A stretch of 64,000 bases of DNA, taken from positions 1 to 64,000 of the IMG/VR virus record IMGVR_UViG_3300042291_000957. One strand, written 5' to 3'. How positions within the stretch are numbered: the first letter of the stretch is position 1; every line of letters starts with the position of its first letter. Both the position numbers and the translations under genes were made by a program. Shown here piece by piece: positions 1-9,282 of this stretch. Source of the stretch: a virus. The notes beneath the pieces were generated by a model, which worked only from the letters and a program-made list of their open reading frames with translations, did no database searches and was not told where the DNA came from.

Positions 1-93
1 GCCACACGAAGAATACAGTCCCTACTACGGGGCTTGACACATTGAGCTTTCTTTGCTATAATAGAGACTTACTAACACACAGGAGCGAACAAA

Positions 94-1146
94 ATGGCTA
101 CACTAGTTGAGATTACAGAAGGTGCTTACGGTGCCCGCAAGAACATGATTACTCCAGGCATCCGCTTGCAGATGATCAAGGACTTTGACGGCGAGGCAAT
201 CACCTGCTTGGCTGGCGATGAAATTGAAGGTGGTCGCAACCCCTACAAGAAGATCCGTGTTAAAGTGCCAGGCATTAGTGCCTACCGTGTAGTATCACAC
301 ATTGACGAAGCTCCTGTAGGAGACAACAGTTTGGTTCAGCTCAAGATAGCTGATACGGCTGTAGCACATATTAGCGATGAAGATCTCATCGAGAAGACTC
401 GTGCTCGCTTCCAAGTACTTACAGACATGACTAAGGCTGTTAAGGCTGGTGATGTACGTGCTATGATTGTGACAGGCCCTCCGGGTGTTGGCAAATCGTT
501 TGGCGTAGAAGAAGTGCTGACTAAGGACGACTTGTTCAATACGCTAGGCGAGCGCAAGCCACGCTATGAGATTGTGAAAGGTGCTATGAGTGCCATTGGC
601 TTGTACAGCAAGCTCTACGAGTTCTCAAGCGAGAAGAATGTTATTGTGTTTGATGACTGTGACTCAGTACTGTTAGATGACCTGAGCCTGAACATCTTGA
701 AGGCCGCTTTGGACAGTTCCAAGAAGCGTACTATCTCTTGGAACACTGACAGCCGTATCTTGCGTTCAGAAGGCATCCCAGATCGCTTCGAGTTCAAAGC
801 AGGTGCGATCTTTATTACCAACATCAAGTTTGAGAATGTACGCTCTAAGAAGTTGCAGGATCACTTGGCAGCTTTGGAAAGTCGTTGCCACTACATTGAT
901 CTGCAGATGGACACAGATCGTGAGAAGGTCTTGCGTATCAAGCAGATCGTTGCAGACGGTATGTTGGACGAGTACGAGCTGAGCGATGTGGCCAAGATCG
1001 ATGTTGTGGACTTTGTGTCTAACAACCGTGCTAAACTGCGCGAGCTGAGCCTGCGTACGGTGTTGAAGGTTGCACAATTGCGTAAGGCGTTTGCTAGCAA
1101 CTGGGAAGCAATGGCTGAAGTTACTGTTATGAAGCGAGGTGCCTAA
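94..1146 (+). CDS. AAA+/P-loop ATPase
   Basis: Walker A GPPGVGKS, Walker B VIVFDDCD, SRC arginine-finger-like motif; promoter at 34-62 and RBS AGGAG at 81-85. Confidence 0.85.
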   Translation: MATLVEITEGAYGARKNMITPGIRLQMIKDFDGEAITCLAGDEIEGGRNPYKKIRVKVPGISAYRVVSHIDEAPVGDNSLVQLKIADTAVAHISDEDLIEKTRARFQVLTDMTKAVKAGDVRAMIVTGPPGVGKSFGVEEVLTKDDLFNTLGERKPRYEIVKGAMSAIGLYSKLYEFSSEKNVIVFDDCDSVLLDDLSLNILKAALDSSKKRTISWNTDSRILRSEGIPDRFEFKAGAIFITNIKFENVRSKKLQDHLAALESRCHYIDLQMDTDREKVLRIKQIVADGMLDEYELSDVAKIDVVDFVSNNRAKLRELSLRTVLKVAQLRKAFASNWEAMAEVTVMKRGA

Positions 1147-1376
1147 TGGCAACAGACACCTTAGGGTGCCAGTGGATTGGTTCGGAGCAGACCCAGGCTC
1201 CGTTCCACTCCTGTGGTAAGAAAGTGTTCCCGGGCAAGAGCTACTGTGAAGATCACGTGTGGCTGGTCTACAAAAAGAACACTAACAAAGGCAACAAACG
1301 CAAGATCAATGAGATCGAGAAAGAGTTGGCTGAGATCAAACGTATTGAAGAAGTTGAGGAGATCATAAATGCTTAA
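1146..1376 (+). CDS. GcrA C-terminal-domain-like small protein
   Basis: CQWIG...FHSCG...GKSYCEDH..LVY resembles the GcrA C-terminal pattern C.WP.G...F.FCG...G.PYC..H...AY. Confidence 0.6.
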   Translation: MATDTLGCQWIGSEQTQAPFHSCGKKVFPGKSYCEDHVWLVYKKNTNKGNKRKINEIEKELAEIKRIEEVEEIINA

Positions 1377-1554
1377 AATTATTCTAGTCATTGCCCTAAT
1401 CATCTTCCTGTTGGCTATTGGGCCGTTCCTAGTCATTTGGAGTTGGAACGTGTTGTTTGGGACATCTTTGATGATCGCTTACAATTTGGAGACCTGGGCC
1501 GCTGTGGTTCTGTTGGGAGCCTTCCTTCGAGCTAACGTAACAGTAAAACGGTAA
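1369..1554 (+). CDS. small membrane protein
   Basis: two hydrophobic segments; overlaps upstream stop; RBS GAGGAG. Confidence 0.7.
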   Translation: MLKIILVIALIIFLLAIGPFLVIWSWNVLFGTSLMIAYNLETWAAVVLLGAFLRANVTVKR

Positions 1555-1637
1555 AACTGATCGTTGACCTTAACCGATCAAGACGCTATACTAGTTAAAC
1601 GCTGTTAGGGAACAGCCACAACAAAGGAAACTTAAAA

Positions 1638-1910
1638 ATGAAAAGATTCAATCCAGAAACAAAGACTTTCAAAGTCTTCACCGCACTGTACAATGGTCAG
1701 GCCCTGACCGCCAGTGAAGCCAAGAAGCGTTTTGGCGTAGGTAACTTGGCAGCAGAAGCCAGCCGCATCCGTCAGAGCGGTTATGCTGTTTATGCCAACA
1801 GCCGCAAAGCAGGCAACGGTGTTCAGGTCACTGAGTATGTGATGGGCAAGCCATCACGTGAGATCGTTGCTCTAGGCTACAAGGCCGCCGCAATGGGCAT
1901 CACTCTTTAA
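1638..1910 (+). CDS. putative winged-HTH DNA-binding protein
   Basis: LTASEAKKRFGVGNLAAEASRIRQSGY is HTH-like; own promoter 1564-1592. Confidence 0.6.
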   Translation: MKRFNPETKTFKVFTALYNGQALTASEAKKRFGVGNLAAEASRIRQSGYAVYANSRKAGNGVQVTEYVMGKPSREIVALGYKAAAMGITL

Positions 1911-1920
1911 TTAGGGTTTC

Positions 1921-1953
1921 AAAGACAAGCCGATTCGCTCCCGGGGCGTCTTT
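1921..1953 (+). other. hairpin with conserved CCG-ATTCGCTCC-CGG apex (copy 1)
   Basis: 15-mer 1930-1944 identical to 8831-8845; outer stem AAAGAC/GTCTTT. Confidence 0.75.
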
Positions 1954-1986
1954 GGGGTGTTGTAGAAATACAACACCCTTTCTTTT
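1954..1986 (+). terminator. Rho-independent terminator overlapping a GTGTTG-N8-CAACAC palindrome
   Basis: GGGTGTTGTA-GAAA-TACAACACCC followed by TTTCTTTT. Confidence 0.75.
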
Positions 1987-2046
1987 GGTTGACAGTTTGG
2001 ACTAAAGACAGTATAATAGATACATACAGACACAACAGGAGCCGAG

Positions 2047-2439
2047 ATGACAACATTAGAATTTAGACCCAAGTGTATCAATCATGGTTGCACTAAGCCC
2101 GTAACATATAGTCACAAAGATGAGCAAGGAAACAAACGCTGGAGAATTCATTGCGGGCATTGCCAAGGAGCCAGCTACGGACGGCACGCTCATGCTTCTG
2201 GGGTAACACCATTCAAGACTGGCTACTGCTCTAACAGTGATAGTCATTTAGGGTTTGCTTGTGCTATTAACTACAAGAAAGCTCCTTGGGCAATAGGCAT
2301 GACAGAGATAGATCACAAGAATGGTGATTGCACTGACAATCGTGTTAAGAACTTAGACGAGCTGTGCCCGATGTGCCATAAACGTAAAGGTCGACTACTC
2401 GGAGACTATAACAACATGAAACACTATCGTGTGGCGTAA
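2047..2439 (+). CDS. HNH endonuclease-domain protein
   Basis: EIDHKNGDCTDNRVKNLDELCPMCH HNH motif plus N-terminal Cys pairs. Confidence 0.8.
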   Translation: MTTLEFRPKCINHGCTKPVTYSHKDEQGNKRWRIHCGHCQGASYGRHAHASGVTPFKTGYCSNSDSHLGFACAINYKKAPWAIGMTEIDHKNGDCTDNRVKNLDELCPMCHKRKGRLLGDYNNMKHYRVA

Positions 2440-2529
2440 GAGCCACACTGCCGGCACTCCAATCCCAGGGGTTGACAGTTTGGGCAAGAGGCTATATAAT
2501 AGAGACATACAGCAACAACGGAGCGAACC

Positions 2530-3180
2530 ATGTTTACAGCAGATCAAGTTTGGGGATTAGCGGTAGCGGCAGATCGTATCAATGAGGGCTACTTCAAAGA
2601 GCCTGTGTGGACTCAACCCGACAACGATCTAACAGGTCCTATGGTTCTGGTTAAAGATGCCAACAAGTTGATGGTCAAACAATGGCTCCGCGCCAATAAC
2701 TTTACAGCAGCTTCAGAAGCTGACATCGAGAAGGGTCGTGAGATTCGTCATTACTTCAACGGCTTCTTGCTCAAAGAACTATCGGGCAAGATCAACGACT
2801 TCGAGCGACAGGCACTCCGCATCGCCCAAATAGATGAGTTCACCAACAAGAACCTCCTGGAGTTTGCTATTGTAAGCTGCTTGCCCAGCACTCAACGGCG
2901 TGATGTTGACAAGAATGTCCTGGCTGCTGAAGTTAGGAACAGCACCCAGCTGACGGGCGAAGTTGGTGACAAGATACAGGGCGAGATCGAGATCGTTAAG
3001 AGCTACTACTCACAAGAGTACAATAAATTTAGAATCACAGCTAAACTGGTTGACAGCTTCGTTGATTTCTGGTATAATACTAACATGGACACAGGAAGTA
3101 GGGTGTCTATTAAAGCAAAGATTAAAAGTGTGCGTGGCGACAATACAACACAGTTAAACTTTGTAAAGAGAATTGGTTGA
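2530..3180 (+). CDS. hypothetical protein, possible C-terminal OB-fold
   Basis: 216-aa ORF with promoter and GGAGCGAA RBS; beta-rich C-terminus ending TQLNFVK. Confidence 0.7.
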   Translation: MFTADQVWGLAVAADRINEGYFKEPVWTQPDNDLTGPMVLVKDANKLMVKQWLRANNFTAASEADIEKGREIRHYFNGFLLKELSGKINDFERQALRIAQIDEFTNKNLLEFAIVSCLPSTQRRDVDKNVLAAEVRNSTQLTGEVGDKIQGEIEIVKSYYSQEYNKFRITAKLVDSFVDFWYNTNMDTGSRVSIKAKIKSVRGDNTTQLNFVKRIG

Positions 3181-3240
3181 CACTGAGCTGAGTTGGTGTT
3201 ATACTATTAAAACTGAGAAACAACTTAAAGAGGTCTTAAA

Positions 3241-4326
3241 ATGGCAAAGAGCACAGATATTTCCGTCCGCCAAGTCGGTCCAAAAGCCGCAAAGCGTTCT
3301 ATCCGCAAGGCGATTCAAACACGCCGCCCAGTGTTCCTGTGGGGTCCCCCAGGCATTGGTAAATCCGACATTGTCAAGCAGATTGGCCAGGACGCAGGCC
3401 GTGATGTTATCGACGTTCGACTGGCTCTGTGGGAACCTACAGACATTAAAGGTATTCCTTATTACGATGCCAGCAAGGGCACAATGGTTTGGGCTCCTCC
3501 AGGTGAACTGCCTATGGATCCAGAGAGTACCGCAATCATCTTCTTGGACGAGTTGAACTCCGCTCCTCCAGCTGTTCAGGCCGCTGCCTATCAGTTGATC
3601 CTTAACCGCAAGGTTGGTACTTACCACTTGCCTAAGGGTGTTGACATTGTTGCCGCTGGTAACCGTGAAGGCGATCGTGGCGTGACATATCGTATGCCTG
3701 CTCCGCTGGCTAACCGTTTCATTCACTTGGAAGCCAAGGTAGACTTTGATGACTTCCAAGAGTGGGCTGTGATGAACAATGTGCATCCAGAGGTTGTAGG
3801 CTATGTAGGCTTTGCCAAGCAGGACCTGTACGACTTCGATCCCAAGAGCCCTTCAAAGGCCTTTGCTACTCCACGCTCGTGGGTGTTTGTAAGCGACCTG
3901 CTCTGGGAAGACGACACTGACATTGATACTCTGCACAACCTGATCGCAGGTGCCGTAGGTGATGGCTTGGCTGTGAAGTTCATGGCTCACCGCAAGATTG
4001 CAGGTCGCTTGCCTAAAGCAGAAGACATCCTTAAGGGCAAGGTCAAGGACCTGCAGATTAAGGAAGTGTCAGCGATGTATTCTTTGACTGTTAGCCTGTG
4101 CTACGAGTTGAAGGATCAAGCAGAGAAGAAGGCCAAGGACTTTGATTCTCAGGCTGATAACTTCTTCCGCTACATGATGGATAACTTCCCAACAGAGTTG
4201 GTAGTAATGGGTGCTAAGACAGGCCTGACAAACTACAACCTGCCATTGGATGCAACAAAGATGAAGAGCTTTGACGAGTTCCACAAGCGATTCGGTAAGT
4301 ATGTTTTGAGTGCAATGGAGAATTAA
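3241..4326 (+). CDS. MoxR-like AAA+ ATPase
   Basis: WGPPGIGKS, IIFLDELN, AAGN, PLANRF, TPRSW motifs. Confidence 0.9.
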   Translation: MAKSTDISVRQVGPKAAKRSIRKAIQTRRPVFLWGPPGIGKSDIVKQIGQDAGRDVIDVRLALWEPTDIKGIPYYDASKGTMVWAPPGELPMDPESTAIIFLDELNSAPPAVQAAAYQLILNRKVGTYHLPKGVDIVAAGNREGDRGVTYRMPAPLANRFIHLEAKVDFDDFQEWAVMNNVHPEVVGYVGFAKQDLYDFDPKSPSKAFATPRSWVFVSDLLWEDDTDIDTLHNLIAGAVGDGLAVKFMAHRKIAGRLPKAEDILKGKVKDLQIKEVSAMYSLTVSLCYELKDQAEKKAKDFDSQADNFFRYMMDNFPTELVVMGAKTGLTNYNLPLDATKMKSFDEFHKRFGKYVLSAMEN

Positions 4327-4473
4327 GACCTCGCCCTTGCAGGGGCGGGGAGCTTCTCAGGGCTTGCCCGCCCACCTATAGAGTGCCAGGGTGTTGCGTA
4401 AATACAACATCCTGGCCACTTGACAACTTCGTCGTTTGGTGCTATAATATATACATACTAAGGAGAGCGACAC

Positions 4474-5682
4474 ATGGACCCGATCATCGATAAACTAACT
4501 ACTGCTAGAGTAGGCCTACTGCTCAAAGCACCCTTCTTCGGCAATATGGCAACTCGTATGCAATTGATCGAAGCAGACGACTGGTGCCCGACTGCGGCTA
4601 CTAATGGTCGCAATTTCTATTACAATACCAAGTTCGTGCAGAAGCTCTCAGTCAAGAAGCTGGAGTTCCTATTCGGACACGAGATCTGCCATTGCGTGTT
4701 TGATCACTTTGGTCGTGTAGGTAGCAGAGATCGTATGCTGTCTAACATCGCACAAGACTACGCTGTCAACCAGATACTGGTAGACGAACGCATTGGTGAG
4801 AAGATTACAGAAGTTAAGATCTGCTACGATGCCAAGTACCGCGGTATGGCTTGGGAAGAGATCTACGACGAGCTCTGGGAAAAAGCAGAAAAGATCTCTT
4901 TGCCTGACCTGCTCAAGCAATTGGGCGACTTGTTGGACGAGCACATCAACGAAGATGGTTCGGGCCCAGGCAAAGAAGGTGATGGAGACAAGCAGGGCAA
5001 AGGTATGCCCACTATGACTAAAGAAGAAGCACAACAGATCCGCGATGAGATCAAAGAAGCCATGATCCAAAGTGCCGCGGCAGCAGGTGCAGGCAAGACT
5101 CCTATGGGTATCCAGCGCCTGATCAAAGATATGACTGAACCCAAGATTAGCTGGCGCGATCTTGTGCGTCAAGAGATCCAAAGCATCATCCGCAATGACT
5201 ACACATTCACTCGCCCAAGCCGTAAGGGACAGATGTCAGGTGCTATCCTGCCTGGTATGAAAGAAGCAACTACCATTGACGTAGGCATCTGCATTGATAT
5301 GTCGGGCTCCATTGGTGAAGAGGATGCAACTGTATTCCTTTCAGAAGTCAAAGGCATTATGGATCAATACGAGGACTTCAAGATCAACCTGTGGTGCTTT
5401 GATACTGCTATCTATAATCACAAAGAGATCTCGCAAGACAACAGTCACGATCTTGAAGAGTATGAGCCACAAGGTGGCGGTGGTACTGACTTTGAAGTCA
5501 ACTGGGACTTTATGAAAGATAATGGCATTGCTCCCAAGAAGTTCATTATGTTCACAGACGGCTACCCTTGCGGCAGTTGGGGCGATGAGGATTATTGCGA
5601 CACTATCTTTATTGTCAAAGGCAATACAGAAGCAGAAGCACCTTTTGGCCAGACTGTTATCTACGAGAAAGAAGCGGCATAA
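4474..5682 (+). CDS. vWA-domain metallopeptidase-like protein (DUF2201 type), MoxR partner
   Basis: HEICH (HExxH), MIDAS DMSGS, GGGGTDF, FTDG; adjacent to MoxR ATPase. Confidence 0.88.
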   Translation: MDPIIDKLTTARVGLLLKAPFFGNMATRMQLIEADDWCPTAATNGRNFYYNTKFVQKLSVKKLEFLFGHEICHCVFDHFGRVGSRDRMLSNIAQDYAVNQILVDERIGEKITEVKICYDAKYRGMAWEEIYDELWEKAEKISLPDLLKQLGDLLDEHINEDGSGPGKEGDGDKQGKGMPTMTKEEAQQIRDEIKEAMIQSAAAAGAGKTPMGIQRLIKDMTEPKISWRDLVRQEIQSIIRNDYTFTRPSRKGQMSGAILPGMKEATTIDVGICIDMSGSIGEEDATVFLSEVKGIMDQYEDFKINLWCFDTAIYNHKEISQDNSHDLEEYEPQGGGGTDFEVNWDFMKDNGIAPKKFIMFTDGYPCGSWGDEDYCDTIFIVKGNTEAEAPFGQTVIYEKEAA

Positions 5683-5837
5683 TGGAAGTGCCGGGCTGTG
5701 TGGCTTTTTAGCAACAGGCCCCGCTGCTATACGTGTACAAAGACCCTAGAACTTCTAGGGTTTCTTTTGACTTTGGTTGACGGAATCGCCAAAAGGCATT
5801 ATAATTAATGCTTACACACACTAAACAGGAGCTAGAT

Positions 5838-6191
5838 ATGCAAGCAGTCGCAACAGTTATCACAGAGCAGTTGGTACAGGACGCAACCAACGAGGCAGGC
5901 ATCCAGGCCCGCTCAGCGGCTAAGGCATTCCACGCCAAGCATGGCGATCGTGACGCTTGTGGCTTTGCCTGGGTAAACGTCTACGGTGTTCGTAGCAACT
6001 CTAAGTTGGGCAAGTGGTTGGCAGCCGCAGGCTTCCGCAAAGACTACACGGGTGCATTGTGCCTGTGGAATCCAAGCGGCTTTCCTACACAATCGATCAG
6101 CATCCTGGAAGCAGGCGCTGAGGCCTACGCAGAAGTGATCAAGACCAAGTTGGGCTTGGACAAGGTCTACGCAGGAAGCAGGTTGGATTAA
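5838..6191 (+). CDS. hypothetical protein
   Basis: promoter 5777-5805, RBS CAGGAG, ATG 5838; CGFAWV motif. Confidence 0.75.
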   Translation: MQAVATVITEQLVQDATNEAGIQARSAAKAFHAKHGDRDACGFAWVNVYGVRSNSKLGKWLAAAGFRKDYTGALCLWNPSGFPTQSISILEAGAEAYAEVIKTKLGLDKVYAGSRLD

Positions 6192-6511
6192 TGGAAGCCC
6201 TCCGGGAAACAACCGGGGGTGCCTTTCCCCCGCACATATATCTACTAGATGGAAACAATCTAGTATCGTATATAAAGAGTGGAGAATCAGAACCATTCTA
6301 TTTTAAGAATCCTATTAAAGGGTTTGATAAACGTGGTAGGAAGTTTGCAACTGTAACTCCTAATCCGTTTAAAGTCAAAGTACAAAGTAATTTAATAACA
6401 GTAAAAGGCTCCAATGACAAAGAATACACAATCGATCCAGATGCAAAAACCTGTACCTGTCCAGGGTTCACTTTCCGAGGTGCCTGCAAACACTTGGCCA
6501 GCAATAGTTAA
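6191..6511 (+). CDS. SWIM zinc-finger protein
   Basis: CTCPGFTFRGACKH = CxC-xn-CxH. Confidence 0.8.
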   Translation: MEALRETTGGAFPPHIYLLDGNNLVSYIKSGESEPFYFKNPIKGFDKRGRKFATVTPNPFKVKVQSNLITVKGSNDKEYTIDPDAKTCTCPGFTFRGACKHLASNS

Positions 6512-6529
6512 ACGACTGCTGAGTGGCAA

Positions 6530-6757
6530 ATGAAACGATTCACCTTTTGGCGTAATTCCATCATATCAGAAGTCTACGTGGTTGAGTGCGAGACTGAGGA
6601 GCAGGCCCGAACCATGCTGAACGACGGTGAAGTGGATGTATTCTCAGAGGAGTGGGTGGACTGGGCAACTAGGGACTACGAGCTAGAGCACGAAGAGATC
6701 ATAGACCCTTTGTACCGTATGGTTAAAGACTACGAATCGGTTGACAGTTTGGGCTAA
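6530..6757 (+). CDS. acidic hypothetical protein
   Basis: ORF in cassette array. Confidence 0.6.
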   Translation: MKRFTFWRNSIISEVYVVECETEEQARTMLNDGEVDVFSEEWVDWATRDYELEHEEIIDPLYRMVKDYESVDSLG

Positions 6758-6797
6758 TGGCAGTATAATAAACACATACACACAAACAGGAGCTGAA

Positions 6798-6983
6798 ATG
6801 ATCAAACTCAAAGACATCCGTGAAGGCAGCGTGGTCATCGTGCGTGGCGCATTTGGCAGTGGGCCTGAGGAGCGTGTCAAAGTAGAAGAGGTTCACGCAG
6901 ACGTAAAGAACGGCCGTCCAGGCATTGACTACGAAGGTAGCTGGGCATATCTTACCCAGGTTCAGCGTGTGGTTACCTACTGA
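6798..6983 (+). CDS. hypothetical protein
   Basis: promoter 6741-6769, RBS CAGGAG, ATG 6798. Confidence 0.7.
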   Translation: MIKLKDIREGSVVIVRGAFGSGPEERVKVEEVHADVKNGRPGIDYEGSWAYLTQVQRVVTY

Positions 6984-7043
6984 TTGGTTGACACTTTGGG
7001 CGTTTGGCAGTATAATAAACACATACACACAAAGGAGCGATAG

Positions 7044-7310
7044 ATGAAAGCATTAGAGAAGTTTTTAAAAGACAAGAATCACTGGAACTCATTCTTCAAG
7101 GGTCCCCAGTATAGCCTCAACAGTGCCAAGGACCGTCAGGCTGTGGCAGACATGATTGACTCAGCCTTGAGTCCAGAGAACTTGACCTGCGATGGCGAAC
7201 TGAGCCGTACAGAGGTCAATCGTCGATACAAAGAGTTAATGACTGCGGCCAAGCAACTCAAGAAGTTTGATCCAACAGTAACCTTTTACGAATACGAAAC
7301 GGAGATCTAA
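7044..7310 (+). CDS. hypothetical protein
   Basis: promoter 6988-7016, RBS AAGGAG; LSPENLTCDGE motif. Confidence 0.75.
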   Translation: MKALEKFLKDKNHWNSFFKGPQYSLNSAKDRQAVADMIDSALSPENLTCDGELSRTEVNRRYKELMTAAKQLKKFDPTVTFYEYETEI

Positions 7311-7311
7311 G

Positions 7312-7944
7312 ATGCCTAATTGGTGTTCAAATCATATCACAGTGCGTGGCACTGATCCTGCGGCAATCAAGCGATTAGCCGATGCATTTGACAACGGTGA
7401 GTTCTGCGGTACAGTAGTGCCTATGCCAGAAGAACTCAACATTACATCAGGCTCGTTGGGTGATCCTGTAGAACAGGCTGAACTAGAGGCCAAGAGTGCG
7501 GCCAACTTAGAGAAACATGGATTCGCTAACTGGTATGACTTCAATGTGGCCAAGTGGGGAACCAAGTGGGAGATCGGCGGCAACGGTGATGTTGCAGAGA
7601 TTGATGTGGATGGCTTGAGCTTCTCTGCACCCTTTGAAAGTGCCTGGAGCCCACCCATTGGTGTATGTGAAGCATTGGCTGAACAGGGCTTCGACGTCAC
7701 CCTTTACTACTACGAACCCGGCATGGGCTTTGTGGGCAAGTGGGAAGATGGTTTTGATGACTACTACGAATATGCAGGCGAGAACTCCAAGACTGTGAGA
7801 GCCGCTATTGGTGATGAGCTAGACGATATGTTTGGCATCAGTGAGTCAATGGCTGAATACGAAGCAGAGAATGAAGAAGAGGAAGAACTCACCGAATGGC
7901 TCAAGGATGGCATTGACAAAAAAGCTCAGTTGGTTGCATTATGA
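7312..7944 (+). CDS. DUF1281/YubB-like (ferredoxin-like fold) protein
   Basis: MPNWCSN start; WYDFNVAKWGTKWE, FESAWSPP and YYEPGMGFVG motifs. Confidence 0.75.
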   Translation: MPNWCSNHITVRGTDPAAIKRLADAFDNGEFCGTVVPMPEELNITSGSLGDPVEQAELEAKSAANLEKHGFANWYDFNVAKWGTKWEIGGNGDVAEIDVDGLSFSAPFESAWSPPIGVCEALAEQGFDVTLYYYEPGMGFVGKWEDGFDDYYEYAGENSKTVRAAIGDELDDMFGISESMAEYEAENEEEEELTEWLKDGIDKKAQLVAL

Positions 7945-8234
7945 AAGTAATCAAACTGGATCGACGTTACAGTGGCTACGGCACTTGGACACATAGGACC
8001 AATGGTGGTTATTGGCAGGGTGAAGAAGCTCGTGCCAAAGGACTAATGGACTTCTACGATATGAGATGCTATATGACGCAGATGAATGGCCCGGGTTGTT
8101 TCATACACGAAGCCTGGGCCATTAAGAAGCATGGACAGGCAGTGCCTGATTGGGCTTGGGATACGGACGGCAATGTGTTCTTTCGTGACTCAGCTTTGGT
8201 TAACTTCACTTTGGCAAAGGATAGATGGCAATGA
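7941..8234 (+). CDS. hypothetical protein
   Basis: ATGA-coupled to upstream gene. Confidence 0.6.
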   Translation: MKVIKLDRRYSGYGTWTHRTNGGYWQGEEARAKGLMDFYDMRCYMTQMNGPGCFIHEAWAIKKHGQAVPDWAWDTDGNVFFRDSALVNFTLAKDRWQ

Positions 8235-8410
8235 GTAGACTATACACGTTCGTGTTCACTGTTGAGTGTGCATCAACCGGCTCTCCAGATCTAAGTAGAG
8301 CGGAAGAAATGATACATCTGAACATGCAAGAACTGGTTTATGATGACGAGTTCATCGCGGCCCTAGATGAAAAGGAGAGCGTGACAATTCAAGTTAATTT
8401 GGTAAAATGA
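8225..8410 (+). CDS. hypothetical protein
   Basis: ORF overlapping upstream stop. Confidence 0.55.
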   Translation: MAMSRLYTFVFTVECASTGSPDLSRAEEMIHLNMQELVYDDEFIAALDEKESVTIQVNLVK

Positions 8411-8499
8411 ATGGTTGACGCCAAACCAAATTGGCGTTACAATAGTAATACGCTGCTAACACAGCTAATTTTTAACACACACAGAAAGAGATATTTAAA

Positions 8500-8829
8500 A
8501 TGGCTACAGATAAAAAATTCGCAGTCGCAGGTGCTTCAACGTTTGGTGGTGACACCAAGATCCGATTCGCTAACGATATGATGCGTACCAAGATCCTCCA
8601 GAAGAATGGTCACACTGACATTGACTTGGTTGACCTGCCCAAAGAGATGACCAAGGCTGAAATCGTTCAGCACTTGAAGAGCATCAAGTTCGGTCAAGGC
8701 AATGCCGCTATCGAAGCTGCCATTGCCTACGCAGAGAAAAAGAATCCGTCAAGTACTAAGACGGTCAAGGCCAAGACTGCTACGGTCACGGCCACAGCGA
8801 CTTCTGAATCAGAAGACGCACCGTTCTAA
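8500..8829 (+). CDS. hypothetical protein with Lys/Thr/Ala-rich tail
   Basis: own promoter 8415-8443; followed by hairpin and terminator. Confidence 0.75.
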   Translation: MATDKKFAVAGASTFGGDTKIRFANDMMRTKILQKNGHTDIDLVDLPKEMTKAEIVQHLKSIKFGQGNAAIEAAIAYAEKKNPSSTKTVKAKTATVTATATSESEDAPF

Positions 8830-8852
8830 ACCGATTCGCTCCCGGCTAAGAA
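8824..8852 (+). other. hairpin with conserved CCG-ATTCGCTCC-CGG apex (copy 2)
   Basis: 8831-8845 identical to 1930-1944; outer pairing TTCT/AGAA. Confidence 0.7.
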
Positions 8853-8859
8853 CCTTGAT

Positions 8860-8892
8860 AGAGACCCTACTAACACTAGGGTCTCTTTTTTT
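8860..8892 (+). terminator. Rho-independent terminator containing CCCT-N9-AGGG
   Basis: AGAGACCCTA...TAGGGTCTCT followed by a T run. Confidence 0.8.
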
Positions 8893-8952
8893 GGTTGACA
8901 TTTTGGACATTGTGCGTTATAATAACAGCTTACACACACAAAAGGACACACA

Positions 8953-9204
8953 ATGTTTACAAATTGCATAGCATACGCAAAGCTAGTTTACAACAAAAAA
9001 CTAAAAGCATACAAAGTACAATTTGCTTTTAACGTACACAAAAAGTTAGTAGGCACTGACTACAAATATATATTTCCTGTGCAAAGCAAATGCAACTATG
9101 TTAGTGGGGACTTACTTGCAGACAACTTGCAAAACGAGGTGCAACGCACTGTGGCATCTGCGCAACAAAGTTTGCGTACTACAAACATAGTATTTGTTGA
9201 CTAA
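8953..9204 (+). CDS. hypothetical protein (TC/CC-free island gene 1)
   Basis: promoter 8895-8923, RBS AAGGA. Confidence 0.75.
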   Translation: MFTNCIAYAKLVYNKKLKAYKVQFAFNVHKKLVGTDYKYIFPVQSKCNYVSGDLLADNLQNEVQRTVASAQQSLRTTNIVFVD

Positions 9205-9282
9205 ACTGTAGGGTTATACATAGCGCATTTGACATTTTGGACAAAGTGCGCTATAATAACAACTTAGCAACAAAGGAACACA

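Noticed and set aside
2047-2439. HNH gene as part of an intron or mobile element
   Set aside because: It is free-standing in a normal promoter cassette, with no interrupted gene or element ends.
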